Virus record (IMG/VR): IMGVR_UViG_3300008267_000033
Coordinates: 64,001-128,000 of that record
Reading direction: 5' to 3' (one strand)
Source: a virus
Taxonomy: Duplodnaviria > Heunggongvirae > Uroviricota > Caudoviricetes
Length of the DNA stretch: 64,000 bases
Shown here: positions 47,002 through 55,038 of the stretch, piece by piece
Numbering within the stretch: position 1 is the first letter of the stretch
Layout of the letters: every line of letters begins with the position of its first letter
Notes under the pieces: model-generated
Database searches by the model: none
The model's input: the letters and a program-made list of their open reading frames with translations, nothing else
What the model was told of the DNA's origin: nothing
Program-made: the position numbers and the translations under genes

Positions 47002-47563
47002 CTTGTGCCTTTGCATCACTTTGTGTGTCTTCTTTGTCTAGATCCTGCTCGTAGGCTGCGTCTAGTTCGTCCAGGTCAATTTCTTGGCCTTCCATCTCTA
47101 TTGAGCCTGTGCGTATTTCACTCATGAGTCGCTTGGGCATGACAATTTCCACCAGCCACACAGGTTTTTCAACAATGCGGGCTTTCTTGGTGCCGGGAAC
47201 GTAATCTGACGGATCGTTGATCCGGATGGGAATTTTGATCTTTTGCTTTTTATAAGTAACTTTGCAATCAAATGGCAGCAGACGTTTGCCGCCTCTGGGG
47301 TCCGGCATCATTTTTTCCGGCCACATGAAAGTCACACCCACTGTGTATTTGTTGATGTCTGGGCCGGCCACTAGTTCACCAATTTCCCAGTTCTTAAATG
47401 CGTAGATATCCATCTCGTCCAGCACACGTTCAAAGTCCAGCAGCGTGGTCAGGCTACCGTCACTCATGTAAATGTCACGGATGTTGTCAGCCACCTGCCA
47501 GTAATCTTCGTGATTTTTAAACAGTTCTTTGTCGTTGATGCCGTGAATGTTTTTGGTTTGCAT
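46952..47563 (-). CDS. Conserved phage hypothetical late protein
   Basis: DFERVLDEMDIYAFKNW..GE...MPDPRGGKRL; TAAATA 7 nt upstream. Confidence 0.7.
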   Translation of the reverse strand: MQTKNIHGINDKELFKNHEDYWQVADNIRDIYMSDGSLTTLLDFERVLDEMDIYAFKNWEIGELVAGPDINKYTVGVTFMWPEKMMPDPRGGKRLLPFDCKVTYKKQKIKIPIRINDPSDYVPGTKKARIVEKPVWLVEIVMPKRLMSEIRTGSIEMEGQEIDLDELDAAYEQDLDKEDTQSDAKAQDAQQNLEQDLAPVPAA

Positions 47564-47570
47564 AATACAT

Positions 47571-47699
47571 TATTTACCAAAGTTGTTGAGTACGTACAAC
47601 AGACTTGAGTCATGGTACTTTTATGCTGCCTGGTTAATATTTAGCAACCAAATATTTGAAAATACCACTCCGTTATTGTCAAATCTTGCACCGTAAATA
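47571..47699. promoter_or_regulatory. Divergent late-promoter region
   Basis: TAAATA on minus at 47571-47576 and 47638-47643; TAAATA on plus at 47694-47699 before the phoH AGGAG RBS. Confidence 0.6.
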
Positions 47700-47730
47700 C
47701 CAGGCCCTACAGGGCTTAGGAGAATAACAC

Positions 47731-48465
47731 TTGAGTAGACAACGAGCACAAAAAGCACAAAAACGTATGAACCTGGAAGTAGCAAACACCATAGCCTTTA
47801 ACTCAACGCAGCGAGCACAACCTCGTCGCATTGACTTGATCCCTCGCACACGAAATCAAGAACGCTTGGTCATGGCCCTGCAAGATCCGGATCAACACAT
47901 TGTAGTCACAGCAGGACCCGCTGGCACAGGCAAAACGTACCTGGCCATGCTGGCTGCTGTTAAGAATCTCAGAGAAGGAGTATGCGATCGAATAGTGCTG
48001 ACAAGACCCGCAGTGGGTGTGGAGGGTGAAAGTCATGGCTTTCTTCCCGGCAATTTAGTTGCCAAAATGGAACCTTGGACTCGTCCCTTACTGGACGTCA
48101 TGCGTGAATACTATAGGCCACAAGACATCTTGGCCATGATTGAAGATCAGATTCTGGAAATATCTCCTCTGGCATACATGAGAGGCCGGACCTTCAAAAA
48201 TTCGTGGATCATCGCAGACGAAATGCAGAATGCCACACCAGCACAGGTCAAGATGCTGATGACACGCATTGGACAACATTCCAAGATAGTGATCACAGGA
48301 GATGTGGATCAAGCAGATCGTGCTCAAGGAGACAACGGCCTGCTGGATCTATGTGCCAAACTGCAACAAACCGCAGTGGCAGGAATTGCTGTGTGCGAAA
48401 TGCAAACTCGTGACGTGCAACGCCACAGCATCATTGGGTCAGTGTTGAAACTCTACGCGGTTTAG
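47731..48465 (+). CDS. phoH: PhoH-like ATPase
   Basis: GPAGTGKT, LTRPAV, GFLPG, LAYMRGRTF, DEMQN, GDVDQAD, RH; TTG start. Confidence 0.93.
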   Translation: MSRQRAQKAQKRMNLEVANTIAFNSTQRAQPRRIDLIPRTRNQERLVMALQDPDQHIVVTAGPAGTGKTYLAMLAAVKNLREGVCDRIVLTRPAVGVEGESHGFLPGNLVAKMEPWTRPLLDVMREYYRPQDILAMIEDQILEISPLAYMRGRTFKNSWIIADEMQNATPAQVKMLMTRIGQHSKIVITGDVDQADRAQGDNGLLDLCAKLQQTAVAGIAVCEMQTRDVQRHSIIGSVLKLYAV

Positions 48466-49056
48466 GAGGTGATTATTGCGTAGATTTCCCGCCAAAGGGT
48501 ACGGGCACTCATGATTCATGTTGTGCCCGTGTTCCATTAATATACTCTGCAAACCCATGTACATGCCTAGGTCAGCATTTTCGGGCTTGTCCTCAATCCA
48601 CCACAGGTAGGAATTACGATAGGGTTCCAAGGCTGAGTCTTTGTTGGCACCAGTGGCCAAACAAGTCACCCCTTCAAACGCAGTCCTACCAAACAGTTTA
48701 CGCAGGTTCATTTCTCGCAAGCGGCCAGCATTGACATCGGTGCTCAAACTGGTGATGCAATGAAACACATAGCCATGTTCTTCATGCAGTCGTTTCACAT
48801 AGTACATGGCATCACGCAGTGGTGGCAAGAATCCAATTGCAGCTGATTCGTTGAACATCTTGATCAGTTTAAATGACTGCTCTCGATCAATGCCATAACG
48901 AACACCAATGTCATATTCGAATTGGTGTCCTTCCTGCTTGGCAAATCCGTGCTCTTCCATCCAGATTGAAAATGCGTATTCCCAATCAAGCAAGACACCA
49001 TCGGCATCAACCAGGATCAGATTCTTTTTGTGTGTTGACTTCAACTTCGTATCCAT
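48439..49056 (-). CDS. HAD-family 5'(3')-deoxyribonucleotidase-like phosphatase (C-terminus possibly frameshifted)
   Basis: LVDADGVL (DxDG), CITS, WIEDKPEN. Confidence 0.8.
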   Translation of the reverse strand: MDTKLKSTHKKNLILVDADGVLLDWEYAFSIWMEEHGFAKQEGHQFEYDIGVRYGIDREQSFKLIKMFNESAAIGFLPPLRDAMYYVKRLHEEHGYVFHCITSLSTDVNAGRLREMNLRKLFGRTAFEGVTCLATGANKDSALEPYRNSYLWWIEDKPENADLGMYMGLQSILMEHGHNMNHECPYPLAGNLRNNHLLNRVEFQH

Positions 49057-49297
49057 TCTCTTTAAACAATCGTTCTATTGTGGCAGCATAGTGTTGATGA
49101 TAGTAACCAGCAATTCGGTCAAAATCTCTAGGTACTTGAGTACCTGCCATGCTGCATTTTAACACAGAAAGGGTTTTGAAGTCAAGTATAACATTACAAG
49201 TTTGATAGTCGCGGGTCTTTAAGTTTTTGGCCACAGCCATGACTTCATCAATTTTGCCATCTGGTTTGGTATAATAGGTTAAAAGTAAGTATCTCAT
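49007..49297 (-). CDS. Hypothetical protein
   Basis: 96-aa ORF coupled to the radical SAM gene. Confidence 0.65.
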   Translation of the reverse strand: MRYLLLTYYTKPDGKIDEVMAVAKNLKTRDYQTCNVILDFKTLSVLKCSMAGTQVPRDFDRIAGYYHQHYAATIERLFKENGYEVEVNTQKESDPG

Positions 49298-50361
49298 GTT
49301 AGTTTTATTGGTAAAAAATCCTGATGATTGATGCCTCGACGACTATCTAAGGCAGCAATGTAATTGGTCAGTGCTGTACTGGATCCTGCTTGATCCAAAA
49401 GAGCCGATGCATGTGTCACACGGCTTTTGAATACTGGATCCTTTGTGAAGAATTTACTGGATTTTATTTTGTCCCAACTTTTGCGCACCTGATCTCTTGC
49501 ATGTTCGGGTAAGTTATTGATCTGCAATTCTACAGGTCCTGTTAGCACAGCGAGGTTCCACATGTCACATTGTGATTCTATTAAAACTAATTCTGCGGCA
49601 TTTATAATGCTTACAGCATCTAGTACTGTATTAAACTGTATTGTACAACCAACATCTCTGGCCCAGGTTAGATTGTCAATAAATTTTTTCCATTTCATTG
49701 GCCATCTATGATATTCATTTACTCGACTGTATGCATCCACACTAATCACCAGCGTGAGATTTTTTATGCGTTGTAGAATCATTTGCATATCAGGATCGAC
49801 CCTGGTCAGATTGGTGTTTATCACAACCTCTGGTTGTTGATCCTGCCCAGCTACCTGTTTCAACAACTCAATACATTTGTCAATGATCAAAGGCTCACCG
49901 CCTGCCATGTATATTTTACTGCTGGTCACAATATCGGCGTTGTCAAAATCAAGTGGATATGATTTGATTTCTAAACCCATCTCTTTACTCCATAATGAAC
50001 TAGAATTAGGGCCGCAAGTGATACACGCTAGGTTACATTTATTATCAAATCGTAAATCATAAAAAAAAGTACGATCTGGATCACCAGGTTTCCATTGTTC
50101 AATGTGGGATTTTACTTCAGTATTTTTTAACCATCTTGCAGTTTCTTGTAATCTAGGACTAATTGTTTGCTGCTGATCTAATTTATAACAGGATTCGCAA
50201 TGCGGAACAGGTTCTTGATTTGCCAACTTTGTTCTAATACCATCAATCTCGTCAGAACCTATAGGTATGGTACTGTAACAACAAACATATCGTTTGCCGT
50301 CAAGATTTTGATACTTTTCAATCCAAGGCAAAACACAAAACGTCTTGCTCCTTAAATTCAA
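49294..50361 (-). CDS. Radical SAM protein with N-terminal twitch-like Cys cluster
   Basis: FCVLPW...YVCC...CESC, RFDNKCNLACITC, AGGEP, INTN, ISVD; AT-rich. Confidence 0.85.
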   Translation of the reverse strand: MNLRSKTFCVLPWIEKYQNLDGKRYVCCYSTIPIGSDEIDGIRTKLANQEPVPHCESCYKLDQQQTISPRLQETARWLKNTEVKSHIEQWKPGDPDRTFFYDLRFDNKCNLACITCGPNSSSLWSKEMGLEIKSYPLDFDNADIVTSSKIYMAGGEPLIIDKCIELLKQVAGQDQQPEVVINTNLTRVDPDMQMILQRIKNLTLVISVDAYSRVNEYHRWPMKWKKFIDNLTWARDVGCTIQFNTVLDAVSIINAAELVLIESQCDMWNLAVLTGPVELQINNLPEHARDQVRKSWDKIKSSKFFTKDPVFKSRVTHASALLDQAGSSTALTNYIAALDSRRGINHQDFLPIKLT

Positions 50362-51281
50362 GGTATTCCTGCAAGTTCAATTAGTGTAGCACTCAAATTG
50401 ATTTCATGATCGGCCACAAGACTGGCATTGGCTGCGCTGTTACGGATGATTATGATGGCTTGATCTTGGCGTTCAGGTGTGGTACCCCACAAGTCCAAGT
50501 TGTTGTACATCCAACGGAACAATGCTTCCATGTCCTCACTGCGCACATTTTGGCACAACAGGGTTCTGGCTTCACGTATCTTACCACGTTTGAACATATC
50601 CACTGCACTGAGCAAATAGTCTGAAGTTGCTCCACCTTCGTCTCCGTGCGGCGCACTCAGTCGACCATCCACGGTGTTCATTTGACACAGGTTGATACAC
50701 TTGCGCAGATCTGGATATGTGGCTTTGACATAACTGTCTAGTGTGTCCAAATCAAACTCCACACTCTCTGTCACCAGTATAGTGGCCATTCTAGCAGTGA
50801 ACTCTGTCACATCCACTTTCTCAATGTGAAATCCTTGACATCTACTGTGTAGGGCAGGGATCACACGATTGGGATAGTTGCAAGTGAGAATGAATCTTGC
50901 AGTACTGGAATAAGTTTCCATTACACCACGCAAGGCCGCCTGACCATTGGGGGTGATGTAGTCTGCTTCGTCCAACAACACAATTTTAAAATCGCCAAAT
51001 GGCATGGTTTGCACAAAGCCTGTGATCTTGGCTCGAATGGTGTCAATGTTGTTTTCTCTGGACGCATTGATTTCCATTACATCAAATGGATCAATGCCCA
51101 GTTCGTGAATCAAGATTCGGGCCAAGGTGGTCTTGCCCACACCCGGTGATCCTGAAAACAACAGGTGCGGTATGGCACCTGACCGAACCCAACCCTCCAC
51201 TTGTTCTCGTTGTGCTTGGTCACGAAACACATAGTCAATCAACTGATTGGGGCGATACTTCTCTGTCCATAACTCTTTCAT
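50358..51281 (-). CDS. Clamp loader small subunit (RFC/gp44-like AAA+)
   Basis: WTEKYRP, GSPGVGKT, EINAS, LLDEAD, SRC motif, PDLRK. Confidence 0.93.
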   Translation of the reverse strand: MKELWTEKYRPNQLIDYVFRDQAQREQVEGWVRSGAIPHLLFSGSPGVGKTTLARILIHELGIDPFDVMEINASRENNIDTIRAKITGFVQTMPFGDFKIVLLDEADYITPNGQAALRGVMETYSSTARFILTCNYPNRVIPALHSRCQGFHIEKVDVTEFTARMATILVTESVEFDLDTLDSYVKATYPDLRKCINLCQMNTVDGRLSAPHGDEGGATSDYLLSAVDMFKRGKIREARTLLCQNVRSEDMEALFRWMYNNLDLWGTTPERQDQAIIIIRNSAANASLVADHEINLSATLIELAGIP

Positions 51282-51284
51282 GTT

Positions 51285-51521
51285 TTACCTTGACGTTAAT
51301 CGTTTCCACATTTTATCTTTTTCTTGCTCCAGCAGCCATTCCGCTTCGCCGCTGAACTGGCTGGTTTTTGCCAGCATCTCGTCTACAGCAAATTTTACAC
51401 GATATAAGTCTTGTTTGCAAGGCCAGTTTACCCAACCTGTCACATGTGGATCATTGGCACCAAAATACATTTGTTGGCATTCACTTATGACCCGATTGGC
51501 ATCCCAATGCTTTGTCACCAT
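51285..51521 (-). CDS. Hypothetical protein
   Basis: 78-aa ORF in operon. Confidence 0.6.
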   Translation of the reverse strand: MVTKHWDANRVISECQQMYFGANDPHVTGWVNWPCKQDLYRVKFAVDEMLAKTSQFSGEAEWLLEQEKDKMWKRLTSR

Positions 51522-51907
51522 TCTTTCTTTTCCACGTGGATGGCGTCGGAGAATGTGACGTCAGCAGGACGTTCATCTGCACTCATTAGGATGTCTTTAG
51601 GATCAATTTTACGAATGGTATGCTGTCCCTCATCATCTTCGATGTCCAGGCCACGTGTCCAACGTCCATGTGCCACAAGAATCCACTCGCCCACATGCAC
51701 ATCCTGTTGCTCAGGGCCAACAGCATACACTCTGCCCCAGCGTGGACGTATGCCCGAACTCTTGCCATTATCGTTCAACAACACAATTCCACCATTGGAT
51801 AAACGTTCGTCAAATGTCATGTCTTCTACCAGCACTGAATCACTCAGTGCTTGTAGTCGGCTTACCTTGTGTGCGCTGTATGCTGCCTTCATTGGTCTAA
51901 ATTCCAT
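51515..51907 (-). CDS. groES: GroES/Cpn10-like co-chaperonin
   Basis: ALSDSVLV, GGIVL mobile loop, RVYAVGP, VHVGEWIL, IDPKDIL. Confidence 0.8.
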   Translation of the reverse strand: MEFRPMKAAYSAHKVSRLQALSDSVLVEDMTFDERLSNGGIVLLNDNGKSSGIRPRWGRVYAVGPEQQDVHVGEWILVAHGRWTRGLDIEDDEGQHTIRKIDPKDILMSADERPADVTFSDAIHVEKKEW

Positions 51908-52119
51908 TTATGTGAAGATGTCTTGGCCTGAACTTGTTTTTGATATTGATCGTGAACTTGTTGTGGACGGCTTTGAACAGGTTGATTTTGTTCATTTATT
52001 GCGTCACCACGTGCATTGACTTTCATGTTGCCCACTGCACGTTCTTTTTCGTTTTTCAAACGCAAGGCACCCATGTCCACTGGTTTACCTCTAGAACTTT
52101 TGTATATTTCTTTGGTCAT
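51889..52119 (-). CDS. Hypothetical protein
   Basis: TAAATA at 52138-52143 and AGGAG RBS. Confidence 0.65.
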   Translation of the reverse strand: MTKEIYKSSRGKPVDMGALRLKNEKERAVGNMKVNARGDAINEQNQPVQSRPQQVHDQYQKQVQAKTSSHKWNLDQ

Positions 52120-52140
52120 TGTTTTCTCCTAAAATCTTAT

Positions 52141-52653
52141 TTAACGCAGGAACTCACGGGCATCTAAATCATAGAAAATTGAGTCAATTCTATGCACACC
52201 CAACAAGTACAACACGTAACTGGCCACACTGGACCCACGTCCTACTCCCCATATCATGCGGTTGGCTTGCAATGTATCCACAAGATATTTAAGATAACGC
52301 AACAGGTCAAACAAGTTGCGTTCTTGAAACAGCAACAGCTCTTGACCACAACGTTGTAATTTTGCTTCTGAATCACACAGGCTCAAGATATATTCAGCAA
52401 TGTCCATGTGTTGATATTCCGCAGGCATGTGCCAGCAGTTCTGCTTAATTGTATCAAACTCCGCCACGGTCATGTCTGTAAATGCATACTCAACCAGCTC
52501 AGGAACTTGGTCCAGGTATGCTGATGCTGTTTCCAAGTTCACATCCGGCTCCACCAGCATGCCCGACAGGCTTTCGATTGTGGCATCACGCATGATCATG
52601 CTCACAAGATCACTCTCGTTGTAGATGATTTGTCCGTATTGATCAGTCTTCAT
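52141..52653 (-). CDS. Stand-alone DnaE (Pol III alpha)-like fragment
   Basis: RLQRCGQEL..F...YLKYLVD...WGVGRGSSVASYVLYLLGVHRID matches the DnaE GxGRGSxxGSLVAYxLGITxID motif; ends about 12 aa later. Confidence 0.7.
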   Translation of the reverse strand: MKTDQYGQIIYNESDLVSMIMRDATIESLSGMLVEPDVNLETASAYLDQVPELVEYAFTDMTVAEFDTIKQNCWHMPAEYQHMDIAEYILSLCDSEAKLQRCGQELLLFQERNLFDLLRYLKYLVDTLQANRMIWGVGRGSSVASYVLYLLGVHRIDSIFYDLDAREFLR

Positions 52654-53245
52654 TTCGTGTGAAGTTGGCAAACACCACTGTGTTGGCAGTGGGTTCAGAC
52701 ATGTTTTCGGGCCAGGTCAGGCCATATTCAACCCAGGCATTGGGCACAACTTTGAGTACATTGTCTGCCAAGGCATCTGCTTCTATGGTGTTGTGTTGCA
52801 CTGTGGATGCATGCCACCAGCCTTCCACACGGAACGGCCCTGGGCTATCTTCTTCAGCATCATGTTGATACCAAACTGAATCCCCCAACACACTGCTCAA
52901 ATCTAATCTGGTCACTGTCATTCGCCCTTCCATGATGGCATTGAGTTTGTAGTATAACATCATGCCAATGATCTGGTCAACTGGTTCTTCGGGCAGGGTG
53001 GTCACATTCACACCCATGATCTGCAACATTTCGGCACGTTCTCTTGAGTCTTGGTTGATGAACACAGTATTGGCCAACTCGCCATGCATGAACATTTTGA
53101 GTCGGTCCATGGCAATGTTGGTATTGAGTGCATCCATGGTCTTGGTCAACAGGCTCATGCTTAGTGAATAGCTGTTCATTTGCAGGCGGTCATCGTAGTA
53201 GATTCCGGCCAGGAAGTCTAGGTCGTATTGTAGTCTAACGTTCAT
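52643..53245 (-). CDS. Hypothetical protein, possibly remote T-fold
   Basis: 200 aa; weak strand/helix pattern similar to PTPS/QueD but without the His motif. Confidence 0.45.
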   Translation of the reverse strand: MNVRLQYDLDFLAGIYYDDRLQMNSYSLSMSLLTKTMDALNTNIAMDRLKMFMHGELANTVFINQDSRERAEMLQIMGVNVTTLPEEPVDQIIGMMLYYKLNAIMEGRMTVTRLDLSSVLGDSVWYQHDAEEDSPGPFRVEGWWHASTVQHNTIEADALADNVLKVVPNAWVEYGLTWPENMSEPTANTVVFANFTRNED

Positions 53246-53478
53246 TGGATGTTGATCTTGTCGTCAAAGTTTGAGTCACCTTGAGCCTTCTTGTAGCTCT
53301 CTTGCAACCGGGTTTGATACATGTTTTGATAGTTTTCCATGGCCATGCGTATTTGATCGCACAAATGACCATTTCCTGTGCGAGCAGCAATGCTTAGTTT
53401 TTTGCCCAGTTCGTTGATTCGGGCGCCGAGTTCTTCCAGCGTTTGTTCGTCGAGTGAGCCTATCAGCGGATGTTCCAT
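53242..53478 (-). CDS. Small coiled-coil hypothetical protein
   Basis: 78 aa directly after a sigma70 promoter. Confidence 0.65.
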   Translation of the reverse strand: MEHPLIGSLDEQTLEELGARINELGKKLSIAARTGNGHLCDQIRMAMENYQNMYQTRLQESYKKAQGDSNFDDKINIQ

Positions 53479-53483
53479 AGTGT

Positions 53484-53513
53484 ATTATAGCGCGACCCGC
53501 TGACAGAAGTCAA
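53484..53513 (-). promoter_or_regulatory. Sigma70-like promoter
   Basis: TTGACT, 18 nt, TATAAT. Confidence 0.7.
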
Positions 53514-53523
53514 GGCGTTTGGA

Positions 53524-55026
53524 TTACCAGTTGCCCACAAAAGTAACAGCATTGTTTCCAATAGGAGTCAATCTGATGTAACTGTTGGTCAGTACAGTGG
53601 GTGCGCCACCAGGTGCCGAACTGTATTGAATCTGCGGAGTGAATGTGGTTGCAGCATTGGTTCTCACAATGCCACGAATTACCACAGTGATATTTTCTGT
53701 TGCACTGACACTGGCAGCAGTTACTACCACCGCAGTAACAGACGTGCCGTATATTCTACTCACAGCACCCAGGGTATTACCAGTAGTGCTAGTAGTGTCA
53801 GCAGTGTAGGTAATACCAGTCAATGCGGCAGACACAGCAAACAGTGTGCTCAAGGTATGTGAGTTTGACCCCACTCCGCGTGTGATGTAATACACTGCTT
53901 CCATAAAGTAACTGGTACCAGATGGCAGTGAAATTGCCCCCAAACCACTAGTACCAATGTTGAATACTTTTTGTGCTGCACTACTGTCGTTGGCCAGGTA
54001 GTCTGCGGCCAACACCATAAAGTGTGTGGTGTCTAACACACCGCGATTGCTGGCACTGGGTGTGCCGTAAAATGACACACCGTCATATTCAAATGCACCA
54101 GCACCAGCAGTGGTCATATTGGTACCACTACTGAATGACAGTGCAGGAACTGTGGCTGTACCTGCAGTTGGACGTACAAAAGCATTGACATTGCCACCTG
54201 TGACATTTCCTGTGGCACTTACCAAACCAACTGTGCGTAAGTTACCACCTTGTATGTTGCCAGTGATATTGGCCAAGCCTGCTGAATTAATATTGCCACC
54301 GGTGACATTACCTGTGGCCGAAACTAACCCTGCAGTGTTGACATTGCCACCTATGACATTGCCTGTGGCGCTGACAAAACCACTGGCAGTCAAACTGGCC
54401 ACAGTGAGTGCGCCGCCGGGGAAACTGCTCAAACCGCGATTCAAGTCAAACACAGTGATGGTGCTGCCGCCGTCATAACTGCCAAATCCAAATTCAAATG
54501 TACCTGTGGTGCCAAATGTAATGGTGTTGCTGACTCCAGACGTACCCGGGCTTATGCCTTGAATACCTGTCAACCCCACGCTGACTGTTGCAGGCAAGGT
54601 CAATGTGTGTGCCACGTTGGTGATGGCTATTTGCAGTTTCATGTAGCCATAGCTTCCACTGGAGGGGAAATTATTAAATGCCAAGGTCACGCTGCCTGCA
54701 CTGGCCGAAGAATAAGACTGATAGTGTGCAGATGCATAATTCAGTGTGAGTGTGCCCGAAATTGGGCTGGGAGCAATTTTTACCGCTGAAAAATCCTGGA
54801 TCAATGCTGCATATAGCAATGCATCATTCATGTTGTTGTCCAAGGTGGTTCCTGTGAGTGCTGCCTTGAGTACAACTTTGGTCTGCAGATCATTAATTTC
54901 ATCTGCAGCATACTGAAAATTCACCTTGGTCTGTGTGAAGTTGTCACGAAACCCTTGCGAGTTGTTGTCTTGACCAGCAATGGGGTAAGTGCCGTCAATG
55001 TTGTTTGGGTTAATATTACTTGACAT
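53524..55026 (-). CDS. Virion structural protein (baseplate/short fibre-like)
   Basis: N-terminal YPIAGQDNNSQGFRDNF, central GNVxGGN repeats, beta-rich C-terminus. Confidence 0.65.
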   Translation of the reverse strand: MSSNINPNNIDGTYPIAGQDNNSQGFRDNFTQTKVNFQYAADEINDLQTKVVLKAALTGTTLDNNMNDALLYAALIQDFSAVKIAPSPISGTLTLNYASAHYQSYSSASAGSVTLAFNNFPSSGSYGYMKLQIAITNVAHTLTLPATVSVGLTGIQGISPGTSGVSNTITFGTTGTFEFGFGSYDGGSTITVFDLNRGLSSFPGGALTVASLTASGFVSATGNVIGGNVNTAGLVSATGNVTGGNINSAGLANITGNIQGGNLRTVGLVSATGNVTGGNVNAFVRPTAGTATVPALSFSSGTNMTTAGAGAFEYDGVSFYGTPSASNRGVLDTTHFMVLAADYLANDSSAAQKVFNIGTSGLGAISLPSGTSYFMEAVYYITRGVGSNSHTLSTLFAVSAALTGITYTADTTSTTGNTLGAVSRIYGTSVTAVVVTAASVSATENITVVIRGIVRTNAATTFTPQIQYSSAPGGAPTVLTNSYIRLTPIGNNAVTFVGNW

Positions 55027-55038
55027 CGATAATCCTTG

